From the NCBI GenBank assembly GCA_044229145.1, contig JBGATO010000049.1, positions 1 through 29,190 of the forward strand: a stretch of DNA of 29,190 nucleotides, in the 5' to 3' direction. Origin of the DNA: Candidatus Eiseniibacteriota bacterium. Its GTDB lineage: Bacteria > Eisenbacteria > RBG-16-71-46 > CAZEPH01. Shown piece by piece: positions 15,064 to 22,605 of the stretch. The notes beneath the pieces were generated by a model, which worked only from the letters and a program-made list of their open reading frames with translations, ran no database searches and had not been told where the DNA came from. The position numbers and the translations under genes were made by a program. How positions within the stretch are numbered: the stretch's first letter is position 1; each line of letters begins with the position of its first letter.

Positions 15064-15989
15064 GGCGCCTGCCCCGCGCGCACCGGCGCGACGAAGACAC
15101 CGGCGGCTGGCGTGTCGAACGCGCACCACGCCCCGTCGGAGGAGATCGCCGCATGCTGCGCACACCAGGAGTGCGCAATGCCGAGATCGACGCGCGCCCC
15201 GCCCGCGGCGAGTGGCACGTACGTCAGCGCGCTGGAGACGATGTCGTGGCCGTCGTCTCGTGTCACCTCGCACACCACGCCGCTGCCGTCGGGCCACCAC
15301 ACCGGCGACGTGCCCTCGCCGAGCGCTCGTTCGGTGCCGGTGTCGAGATCGACGAGGACGAGACCTGTGCCAAGACGGTTCGCCACGATCTGATGGCCAC
15401 GCGGCGCGGCGACTGGCCCGTAGAACGCGCCCGCGTGCGCATCCGGCAGCCACTGGAGGCGTCGCCGCGCGAGATCGAGCACGAACCCACGCCCGTCGCG
15501 CGTCGCGCCGACGGCGAATTGGCCGTCCGCGGTCAACGTCCACGCCGCGCCGGCGTCGTCGGGCAGGAGATCTCCGGCGATGTATGCCAGCCAGGTCACG
15601 CCGTCCTCCCCCACCAAGGGATCGCCCGTCGCACGTGGGTCTGCCGGCGCACGCGCGCCGGCGAGGGTGATCCGCTTGCCCCCGCGAACCCACAGCGCGT
15701 CCCCCGCGGGCGTCCAACAGGCGTGATACGCCGCACCGCGCTCGCCGCCGAGCACGCGCCAGCCTGTCCCGTCGCGCGACACCACTGCGAGCCCGGTGAC
15801 GTCGGCGCACGAGGTCGCCAGCCAGCGGCCATCGGGCGAAAAGGTAGGAAGATGCGCGGCATGTCCGGCGGTCACACACCGCGCGTCCCCCAGGAGGGGC
15901 ACGCCCGCGCGCGCGCCGGTTACCGCGTGACTGAGCAGGACTGCGACAAGCCAGACGCGCCAATTGCGCCCGGACGACGGGACGAACAT
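15060..15989 (-). CDS. Secreted TolB-like/PD40 beta-propeller protein (about 309 aa)
   Basis: Signal peptide MFVPSSGRNWRVWLVAVLLSHAVTGARA. Blade motifs PTFSPDGRWLA, ACWTPAGDAL, PVWWPDGSGV, AAISSDGAWCAF. Start codon is uncertain. Confidence 0.75.
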   Translation of the reverse strand: MFVPSSGRNWRVWLVAVLLSHAVTGARAGVPLLGDARCVTAGHAAHLPTFSPDGRWLATSCADVTGLAVVSRDGTGWRVLGGERGAAYHACWTPAGDALWVRGGKRITLAGARAPADPRATGDPLVGEDGVTWLAYIAGDLLPDDAGAAWTLTADGQFAVGATRDGRGFVLDLARRRLQWLPDAHAGAFYGPVAAPRGHQIVANRLGTGLVLVDLDTGTERALGEGTSPVWWPDGSGVVCEVTRDDGHDIVSSALTYVPLAAGGARVDLGIAHSWCAQHAAISSDGAWCAFDTPAAGVFVAPVRAGQAP

Positions 15990-16026
15990 TCGGAAGGCCC
16001 CCGCGTGTGCCCGTGGGAGTGCGAAC

Positions 16027-16094
16027 ACGCTAGCACGCGGGTCCGACAATTCGACGCGACGCCCCGCGACAACGCCGCGCACCACTGCTAGCCT
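16027..16094. promoter_or_regulatory. Divergent extended -10 promoters
   Basis: TGcTAGCGT on minus (16035-16027) and TGcTAGCCT on plus (16086-16094). The latter sits 6 nt before the PfkB ATG, which has no RBS (leaderless-type). Confidence 0.5.
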
Positions 16095-16100
16095 GCGCGC

Positions 16101-17066
16101 ATGCTCGCGACCACGCCCCGCCTCGACGTGCTGGCGATCGGCCAGTGCGCCTCCGACACCCTGTGCCTCGTGCCGCATCTGCCGCACGCCGACACCAAGC
16201 TCGAAGTCGGCGCCTTCGTCCGCGCGCCTGGCGGGCCGGCGGCCACCGCGGCCGCCACCGTGCAGCGTCTCGGCGGGCGCGCCGCGTTCCTCGGCCGCCT
16301 CGGTGACGACGCGCTGGGCGACCACGCACTCGCGCAGCTCGCCGCACAGGGCATCGACATCACGCACTGCGTTCGCACGCCGGGAGCCGCGAGCCACCAG
16401 GCGGTCGTCCTCGCCTGCCCGAGCGACGGCACGCGCACCATCGTGTGGACGCGCGGCAGCGCCGGCCTCGCGCGGCCGGACGACGTCCCGCGCGACGCCG
16501 TGCTCGCGGCGAAGGGCCTGCTGCTCGACAGCCTGCACCTCGAAGCCGGCGCGCACGCCGCGGCGATCGCCCGGCGCGCCAAACGCCCCGTCTTCCTCGA
16601 CGGCGGCACCGCGCGCGATGGCGTCCTCGCTGTGCTCAAGCGCACCGACGTCTGCTTCGCCACCCGCGCCTTCGCGTTCGACCTGACGGGGGCGCGCACG
16701 ATCGCGGCGGCACTGCCGAAGCTGGCGCGGCTCGGCCCGCGCGTGGTCGGCGTCACGCTCGGCGCGGAGGGCGCGATTGCCTATGACGCTGCGGCGCGCG
16801 AAACGCTGGTGTCGTCCGGGTTCGCGGTGGACGTCGTCGACACGACGGGCGCCGGCGATGCGTTCCACGGCGCGCTCGCCTTCGCGCTCTTGCGCGGCGC
16901 CAGGCTCGACATCGCGTGCGCGTTCGCCAACGCGGTGGCGGCGCTTGCCTGCACGGCGCTCGGCGCGCAAGCCGGCCTGCCCACCCGCGCGCAGGCGCTG
17001 GCGCTGGTGCGCGCGCAGCGCCCGGCGCTGCGGCTGCCCGCCGCGCTCACCCGCGACGCCGGGTAA
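16101..17066 (+). CDS. PfkB/ribokinase-family carbohydrate kinase (sulfofructose kinase YihV-like subgroup)
   Basis: GGPAATAA, GRLGDD, VTLGAEG and DTTGAGDAFHGA motifs. Confidence 0.92.
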   Translation: MLATTPRLDVLAIGQCASDTLCLVPHLPHADTKLEVGAFVRAPGGPAATAAATVQRLGGRAAFLGRLGDDALGDHALAQLAAQGIDITHCVRTPGAASHQAVVLACPSDGTRTIVWTRGSAGLARPDDVPRDAVLAAKGLLLDSLHLEAGAHAAAIARRAKRPVFLDGGTARDGVLAVLKRTDVCFATRAFAFDLTGARTIAAALPKLARLGPRVVGVTLGAEGAIAYDAAARETLVSSGFAVDVVDTTGAGDAFHGALAFALLRGARLDIACAFANAVAALACTALGAQAGLPTRAQALALVRAQRPALRLPAALTRDAG

Positions 17067-17071
17067 CGCGA

Positions 17072-17102
17072 AGCGGGGCGACCGTCGGACGGCCGCCCCG
17101 CT
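17072..17102. terminator. Hairpin between convergent genes
   Basis: AGCGGGGCG/CGCCCCGCT stem with an inner CCGT/ACGG pair; no strong U-tract. Confidence 0.55.
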
Positions 17103-17122
17103 CTCGCTCTCTGAATCGCGCG

Positions 17123-18001
17123 CTACTGCGACGTCGCGCGCCTTCCGATCGTCTGCCACGCCTCGCCGTGCGGACGTCCATTGCCGTTCGCCGCGGTCAG
17201 CGTGGTGAGCAGGCGTTCGGTGCGCAGCCGCGCCTCGACGCGCGCATCCACCTGCGCCTCCATCCGCGCCACGGTGCCCGACTGCCGCGCCCGGCACGCC
17301 CCGGCGAACGCGCCGAACAACACGCGCGAGGATTCGCTGTCCGGCTGGCGCTCCGGGTGCCACTGCACGCCGAGCATGAAGTGCCGCCCCGGATTCTCCC
17401 ACTCCACCACCTCCGGCACGCCGTCCGGCGAGTAACCGGCGATACGCAGCCCCGCGCCGAGCCGCTTGATCGCCTGGTGGTGATACGAGTTGACCTCGAA
17501 CGACCTGTCGCCGACCAAGCGGGCGAACAAGGTATCCGGCACGATTTCCACCGGATGCTGGTAGCCATCGCCTCCGTCGTCGTGGTCGTAGGTGGACTCG
17601 GGGAACGAGTCGGGGATGTGCTGGTGGAGCGACCCGCCGCAACACACGTTGATGGTCTGCAGGCCGAGGCAGATCCCCAGCACCGGAATGTCCTGTTGCA
17701 CCGCGCGCTTGAAGAGCTGACGCTCGTAGGTGGCGCGCTCGATGTCGCCCGGTTCCTCCGGCTCTTCGCCGTAGAGCGACGCGTCGATGTCCGGCCCGCC
17801 GGAGAGAATCACGCCGTCGAGATGCTGGAGCGATTCCTCGATGATCGCGTCGGTCTGCCCCGACGTGTGGATCGGAAGCACGACGGGGGTCATGCCGTAC
17901 TGCACGAGGACGTCCGTGTAGCTCTGGTACAGATAGTAGCCCGGACGGTGGATACGTCCCTCGTGATCGAGGTACGGAGTGATGCCGACCAGTGGTCTCA
18001 T
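17123..18001 (-). CDS. Peptidase C26 / gamma-glutamyl-gamma-aminobutyrate hydrolase family (class I glutamine amidotransferase-like), 292 aa
   Basis: AGGAG RBS. MRPLVGIT, LSGGPDID, LGICLGLQ (nucleophile Cys), VNSYHHQAI, GVQWHPE (His-Glu). Confidence 0.92.
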   Translation of the reverse strand: MRPLVGITPYLDHEGRIHRPGYYLYQSYTDVLVQYGMTPVVLPIHTSGQTDAIIEESLQHLDGVILSGGPDIDASLYGEEPEEPGDIERATYERQLFKRAVQQDIPVLGICLGLQTINVCCGGSLHQHIPDSFPESTYDHDDGGDGYQHPVEIVPDTLFARLVGDRSFEVNSYHHQAIKRLGAGLRIAGYSPDGVPEVVEWENPGRHFMLGVQWHPERQPDSESSRVLFGAFAGACRARQSGTVARMEAQVDARVEARLRTERLLTTLTAANGNGRPHGEAWQTIGRRATSQ

Positions 18002-18060
18002 CGAACTGCTCCTGGTGCGATTGAACGTCGGCGTGCGCGGACGATGCGGCTCCACGCGCG

Positions 18061-18753
18061 TCAGGCGATGACGCGGACTCCCCGCGCCCGCTCGGCCAGC
18101 TCGCATGCTGTCCGCACGGACGCCTCGTACTCGGCGTCGGTCATCCCGGCGCCGCGCGCCACCAGACGATGGCGCTCCTGCGTGAACAAATCGGCCGCCG
18201 CATGGCTGTCGCTATCGATGACGACGCGGGCACCGTACCGCCGGGCGAGTTGCCACACGTGCCCGTTGGTCAGCGAGTGCACCGGACGGCCCGACAGCTC
18301 GAGCACCACGCCCAGTTCCGCAGCGCGTTCGACATCGCGCTCGGCGATCAGGCCGGGGTGCGCGAGGATGTCGACGCGTGCCTCGATGGCCGCGCGGTTG
18401 ACGCCGGGCGCCGGCAGATCCATACCGGTTTCGCGCACGAGCACCAGCTGCGCACCGGCCGCGCGGGCGCGGTCGGCGTCGTCGCCGGTCAGTTCCGGCG
18501 GCACGCGCGTGATCTCGCACGCGGCGATCACCTGCACGCCGCCCTCGCGCGCCGGCAGCGCGGCGATCTGCTCGCGCAGCCGCGCCACCTGCTCGGCGGC
18601 GTTGCGCAGCCCGACGTGATCGCTCACCCCGAGCACGCTGTAGCCTTGCGCGGCGGCGATCTCCACCCACTCGGCCAGCTCGTGCCGGCCGTCGCTCAGT
18701 CGCGTGTGGCTGTGGAAGTCGATCAGCGGCCGCGTCGCCGCGTCGCCGTTCAG
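18061..18753 (-). CDS. PHP-domain protein (histidinol-phosphatase-like); start non-canonical or fused to hisA
   Basis: DFHSHTRLSDG, VSDH, ACE, DILAHPGLI, HSLTNGHV, DSDSH motifs. No nearby in-frame ATG/GTG/TTG. CTG at 18753 overlaps the hisA TGA. Confidence 0.8.
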   Translation of the reverse strand: MNGDAATRPLIDFHSHTRLSDGRHELAEWVEIAAAQGYSVLGVSDHVGLRNAAEQVARLREQIAALPAREGGVQVIAACEITRVPPELTGDDADRARAAGAQLVLVRETGMDLPAPGVNRAAIEARVDILAHPGLIAERDVERAAELGVVLELSGRPVHSLTNGHVWQLARRYGARVVIDSDSHAAADLFTQERHRLVARGAGMTDAEYEASVRTACELAERARGVRVIA

Positions 18754-19577
18754 AGCGGACGCCGCCGTGGCGCTCTGCTGCCCGGCGCCGTGCCGAGCGC
18801 GGCTTGCGCCGCGCGCCGCGTCAGGTGGCCATCGTACAACGCCCGTCCGACGATCACGACGCGCAGGCCCTCGGTTTCGAGGCCGCGCAACCGTGCCAGG
18901 TCGTGGGTGGACGCAATGCCGCCGGCCAGCATGAGCTGCAACTGACCCGGCTGCTTCAGATGCTCGATTGCCTCGACGTTGGGGCCTTCGAGCGTGCCGT
19001 CGCGCGACGCGTCGGCAACGCCGATCCACAAGATACCGAGCGCCGCCGCCTCGAGCGCCAGCGCCCGCAGCAGCTCCCAGCGCAGCGGGTTCTCGCGGGC
19101 ATCGCGGGCGTCCAGCGCCAGCACGATCCCGGCGGCGTGATCGCGCGCCACGTCCGCCACCTCGCTGAGCGCGGCGCGCGGCGTCGGCGCATCGTCGATC
19201 GGCGCCATCACCACACGCTGCGCGCCGATGGCGAACGCCGCCCGCGCATCCGCCGCGCGCCGCATGCGGCCGCCGATCTGCACCGGAATCCGCACCGCGT
19301 GCATGACGTTCTGCAGCGTCGGCCAGTCGAACGCGCCGCCGAGCAGCGCCGCTTCCATGTCCACCACGTGCAGCCAGCGCGCGCCCTCGGCCTCCCAGCG
19401 CGCCGCCACCGACACCGGATCGCTGGCGTAGACGCGCTCGGTGGCGAGCGACTCGCGCACGAATCCGACGCACCGCCCGGCGCGGATGTCGATCGACGGA
19501 ATCATCTCGATCGCCGCGCCGCCGGCGAGACGGCGGAACACGCGGCGCGGCCCGCGCGACGGGCTGGGCGATGTCAT
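18750..19577 (-). CDS. hisA: Divergent HisA-like (beta/alpha)8 phosphoribosyl isomerase (275 aa)
   Basis: ATGA overlap with the hisC stop. IPSIDIRAGRCV, DPVSVAARWEAEGARWLHVVD, SRDGTLEGPN, AGGIAS..DL, VIVGRALY. Several substrate-binding motifs are altered. Confidence 0.8.
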   Translation of the reverse strand: MTSPSPSRGPRRVFRRLAGGAAIEMIPSIDIRAGRCVGFVRESLATERVYASDPVSVAARWEAEGARWLHVVDMEAALLGGAFDWPTLQNVMHAVRIPVQIGGRMRRAADARAAFAIGAQRVVMAPIDDAPTPRAALSEVADVARDHAAGIVLALDARDARENPLRWELLRALALEAAALGILWIGVADASRDGTLEGPNVEAIEHLKQPGQLQLMLAGGIASTHDLARLRGLETEGLRVVIVGRALYDGHLTRRAAQAALGTAPGSRAPRRRPL

Positions 19578-20713
19578 GCGGCGGATCCTCCGGTGGCCGC
19601 CGGCGCGGCCGGCCACGGACCGGCGCAGATCTCCCGCACCGCCGCGACCAACGCCACGTTCTCGTCCGGCTTGCCGATGGTGACACGCAAACAGTTGCCG
19701 AGGAGAGGATTCTTCGACACGTCGCGCACCAGGATGCCGCGCTTCATGAGTTCGCGGTTCACGTGGGCGCTGTCCGGGAAGCGGACGAGCAGGAAGTTGG
19801 CGTCGCTCGGATACGCGGTCACGCCGTCGATCGCATTGAGCCCGTCGAACACCTTCTCGCGTTCGACCTTGACCTCGCGGATGCGCGCCTTGACGACGTC
19901 GGTGCGCTGCAACACGGCGAGCGCGGCTTCCTGCGCGAAGGCGTTGACGCTGTAGGGCAAGCGCACCTTCGACACTTCGTACATGAGGTCGGGATTGCCG
20001 ATGATGTAGCCGACGCGCAGGCCAGCCATCGCCATCGCCTTCGAGAGCGTGCGCAGGATGACGACGCGCGGCTCCTCGCGCACCAAGTTCGCGAGATTGA
20101 CGCCGGCGAACTCGTAATACGCCTCGTCGATCACCACCAGGCACTCGGTGGCGCGGATGACCTCGCGGATCTCCTCCTCGGGGATCATGCGGCCGGTCGG
20201 GTTGTTCGGCGTGCACAGGAAGACGATGCGCGTCTTGGGATTGCGCGCCTTGTCGAGCAACTCGGGCAGGTCGAGCGAGAAATCGTCGGCGTTGAGCGGC
20301 ACGGCGACGATGTGGCCGTCCATGACGTGCGTCGCGCCAGCGTAGAGCGGGAAGGTCGGGACGCTGAACACCACGTCGTCGCCCGGGCGCACCACGGCGG
20401 TCATCAGCGAGAGGCACAACTCGTTGGAGCCGCTGCCGACCAGGATGCTCGACTCCGGCACACCGTTCATCGCCGCGATCTGCTGGGCGAGGCCGAACGC
20501 ATAGAACGGCGGATAGCGCGACCAGTCGGAGGCGAAGATGCGGTCGAGCACCTCGCGCTTGAGATCGTCCGGGAGGTCGTACGGGCTCTCGTTCTGATTG
20601 AGCTTGATCGGGTACGTCTCGATCGTGAGGCTGTACGGCTCGAGCACGCGGATGCCGCGCTTCACGAAGCTGACGATGTCGCGAGGCTCCGTGCGGGTCG
20701 TCGACTCCTGCAT
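19574..20713 (-). CDS. hisC: Histidinol-phosphate aminotransferase (379 aa)
   Basis: GGAGGAGG RBS. KLNQNESPY, SRYP, GSGSNE, CTPNNPTG, IDEAYYEF, LRTLSKAMAMAGLRVGY (PLP Lys), SDANF, LRVTIG. Confidence 0.92.
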   Translation of the reverse strand: MQESTTRTEPRDIVSFVKRGIRVLEPYSLTIETYPIKLNQNESPYDLPDDLKREVLDRIFASDWSRYPPFYAFGLAQQIAAMNGVPESSILVGSGSNELCLSLMTAVVRPGDDVVFSVPTFPLYAGATHVMDGHIVAVPLNADDFSLDLPELLDKARNPKTRIVFLCTPNNPTGRMIPEEEIREVIRATECLVVIDEAYYEFAGVNLANLVREEPRVVILRTLSKAMAMAGLRVGYIIGNPDLMYEVSKVRLPYSVNAFAQEAALAVLQRTDVVKARIREVKVEREKVFDGLNAIDGVTAYPSDANFLLVRFPDSAHVNRELMKRGILVRDVSKNPLLGNCLRVTIGKPDENVALVAAVREICAGPWPAAPAATGGSAA

Positions 20714-20926
20714 GCCTCCTCCGGGGCTTTCCGCGTGCGATCCACTCCGTGGCGGGCCAGGTCCGTCAGGCCCTCCTGGGAGATATCGGATGTGCGGGAT
20801 GGGTCCGTGAAATCCCTGGGTCCGCCACGCCGGAATGCGGAGAAAACCCGCGATACGCCTCGGCGCGGCGGCGGCGAGGAGGACAGCGGCAGTTCCCGAG
20901 TGCGATCTCACACGGCGATGGGCCGT

Positions 20927-20956
20927 ATCATACCCTGCGCGCTCGGCTCGCTACAA
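20927..20956 (-). promoter_or_regulatory. Candidate promoter for the hisC cluster
   Basis: TTGTAG-N18-TATGAT on the minus strand, about 210 nt upstream of the hisC ATG. Confidence 0.45.
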
Positions 20957-21008
20957 CCCGCACCGGGCGGTCCACTCGCGGCGGGGCAAGTTCCGGCCGC
21001 TCAGCCAG

Positions 21009-21037
21009 TTGACGGGCGGCGGGCGAGCCCCTAGCGT
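21009..21037 (+). promoter_or_regulatory. sigma70-type promoter
   Basis: TTGACG-N17-TAGCGT, 40 nt upstream of the GTG at 21078. Confidence 0.6.
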
Positions 21038-21077
21038 CCATCGCGCTCGCCCCGCCATCCGTCTGGAGACCTCCCGC

Positions 21078-21734
21078 GTGACCGTCCGCCGTTCCCTGCT
21101 CGCCGCCGTCTGCGCCCTGGTGCTCGCCTCGCCCGCCGCGGCGGCGTGGCGCGTCGGCGTATCCATGACCTCGGGCACCGCCGACTTCGCCGGCAATCTC
21201 TACGACCCGACCTCGCGCGACCTGCGTCCGTACACGGTGCCGGAGACCGGCGCGCGGCTGGTGGTGCAGCGGCCGCTCTCGCCGCGCTGGACGGCAGAGG
21301 CCGGCGCCGGCTGGGGCACCTACTCGCTGCGCATCGAACGTCCCAGCGGCGCGTGCCCAGATCTCAACGCCTGCGACCGCCTGGAGGTCGAGCACGTGCG
21401 GGCCACCGATTGGTCGGGCCGACTCCTGCTGCTGCGCACCAGCGCCGCCGACGGTCCTCTGTCGCTGTTCGCCGGGCCCGGCGGCGAGTTCTGGCGCGGC
21501 CGGCCGGCGCATCAACTGGACGACGGCACGCGGGTCGAGGCGCCGGTCTCCACGCGCTGGAGCGTGCTGGTGCGGCTCGGCGCCGAGCTGCCGGTGCACC
21601 GCGGCCTGCGGCTGCGCAGCGCGCTCGGGCAGCGGTGGGGCCGCGCCCACGCGGTCTACGCGCTCAATCAGGCACGCTGGTGGCCCGCCGGCTTCGAAGC
21701 CGAACTCGGGCTGATCACGGGCAGCGGACGATGA
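21078..21734 (+). CDS. Small outer-membrane beta-barrel protein, paralog 1 (218 aa)
   Basis: GGAG RBS and GTG start. Signal ends ...ASPAAA. Amphipathic strands, terminal strand GFEAELGL. Confidence 0.7.
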   Translation: MTVRRSLLAAVCALVLASPAAAAWRVGVSMTSGTADFAGNLYDPTSRDLRPYTVPETGARLVVQRPLSPRWTAEAGAGWGTYSLRIERPSGACPDLNACDRLEVEHVRATDWSGRLLLLRTSAADGPLSLFAGPGGEFWRGRPAHQLDDGTRVEAPVSTRWSVLVRLGAELPVHRGLRLRSALGQRWGRAHAVYALNQARWWPAGFEAELGLITGSGR

Positions 21735-22384
21735 TCCGCCTGGCGTCGCTTTGCCTCGGGTTGTTGGCCGCCGCCGCCGCGCACGCGGCGGAGCGCCCCG
21801 CCGCCACGCTGCTCTCCGCCACCGCTGCCGCCGGCGGCGGCTGGTACGCCTCCACCGCGCTCGGCGAACACGTCATCGACCCGACCCGCCTGCCGGAGGG
21901 CCGCTACGGCGCCGGCCTCGCCGCCGTCGGCCCGCGCGGCCTCGGCTGGACGCTCGGCGCCGAACTCGGCCGCTACGGCCGCGACACCCGCCGCCAACTC
22001 GGCACCGAGACCTACGATGTCGTGGTCCGCGCCCACTCCTGGTCGATCCGCTCCGGCGTCGCGCAGTACTGGGCCCTTGGCGACGGTCTCTGGGTATTCG
22101 CGGGACCGGAGCTCGGCGTCTGGAGCGGGCGCCACACCACGAAGAACGGCGAATCCGACCCCACCCATCACCCGCGTGCCGTGTGGGTCACGGTCGGCGC
22201 ACGGCTCGGGCTGCTCGCCCCGGTGAGCCACCGCGTGTGGGCGAGCCTCGCCGCCGGCCATGCCGCCGGCCTGGTCCACGCAAGCGAGGGGCGCTACGAC
22301 AGCGTGTGGTGGGCCGGCGACACGCGGGTGGAAGCGGGGCTCGCGGTCGATGTGAGTGCGCGCGGTCCCCGCGGTGCGCCGTAA
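21731..22384 (+). CDS. Small outer-membrane beta-barrel protein, paralog 2 (217 aa)
   Basis: ATGA overlap. Signal ends ...AAAHA. Shares VRA..WS.R, FAGP....W.GR, RLG...PV and WW.....EA.L with paralog 1. Confidence 0.7.
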   Translation: MIRLASLCLGLLAAAAAHAAERPAATLLSATAAAGGGWYASTALGEHVIDPTRLPEGRYGAGLAAVGPRGLGWTLGAELGRYGRDTRRQLGTETYDVVVRAHSWSIRSGVAQYWALGDGLWVFAGPELGVWSGRHTTKNGESDPTHHPRAVWVTVGARLGLLAPVSHRVWASLAAGHAAGLVHASEGRYDSVWWAGDTRVEAGLAVDVSARGPRGAP

Positions 22385-22442
22385 GCACGGCCGTGCGCCT
22401 GGAGTGGCAGCCCATGGCCGCCGCGGCGCTCCACCTCTCCGC

Positions 22443-22471
22443 TTGCCCGGATGGCGGCGGCTGTGTAGTCT
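22443..22471 (+). promoter_or_regulatory. Candidate sigma70 promoter of the RecQ-like gene
   Basis: TTGCCC-N17-TAGTCT. Confidence 0.45.
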
Positions 22472-22605
22472 GCTCTGGTGCGCCTCCGGACCCGGGGGCG
22501 CATTCCCTTTGCCCGGAATGCCTGTATGGATGAGCTTGCGAGCGAATCGCGTCAGCCGCCGGGACCACGGATGTCCGCTGTGAAGGTCAAGAGAGGACGA
22601 CCAGT

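Noticed and set aside
14158..17645. Long N-terminal extensions on the amidase (601 aa) and TolB-like (861 aa) ORFs
   Set aside because: The extensions overlap other real genes. Signal peptides begin at 15063 and about 15989.
18061..20911. Track lengths of 541, 555 and 445 aa for PHP, HisA and HisC
   Set aside because: These use the most upstream start codons. RBS and ATGA evidence place the starts at about 18753, 19577 and 20713.
20714..20926. His attenuator leader peptide or T-box
   Set aside because: No run of His codons, no U-tailed terminator and no T-box consensus seen.
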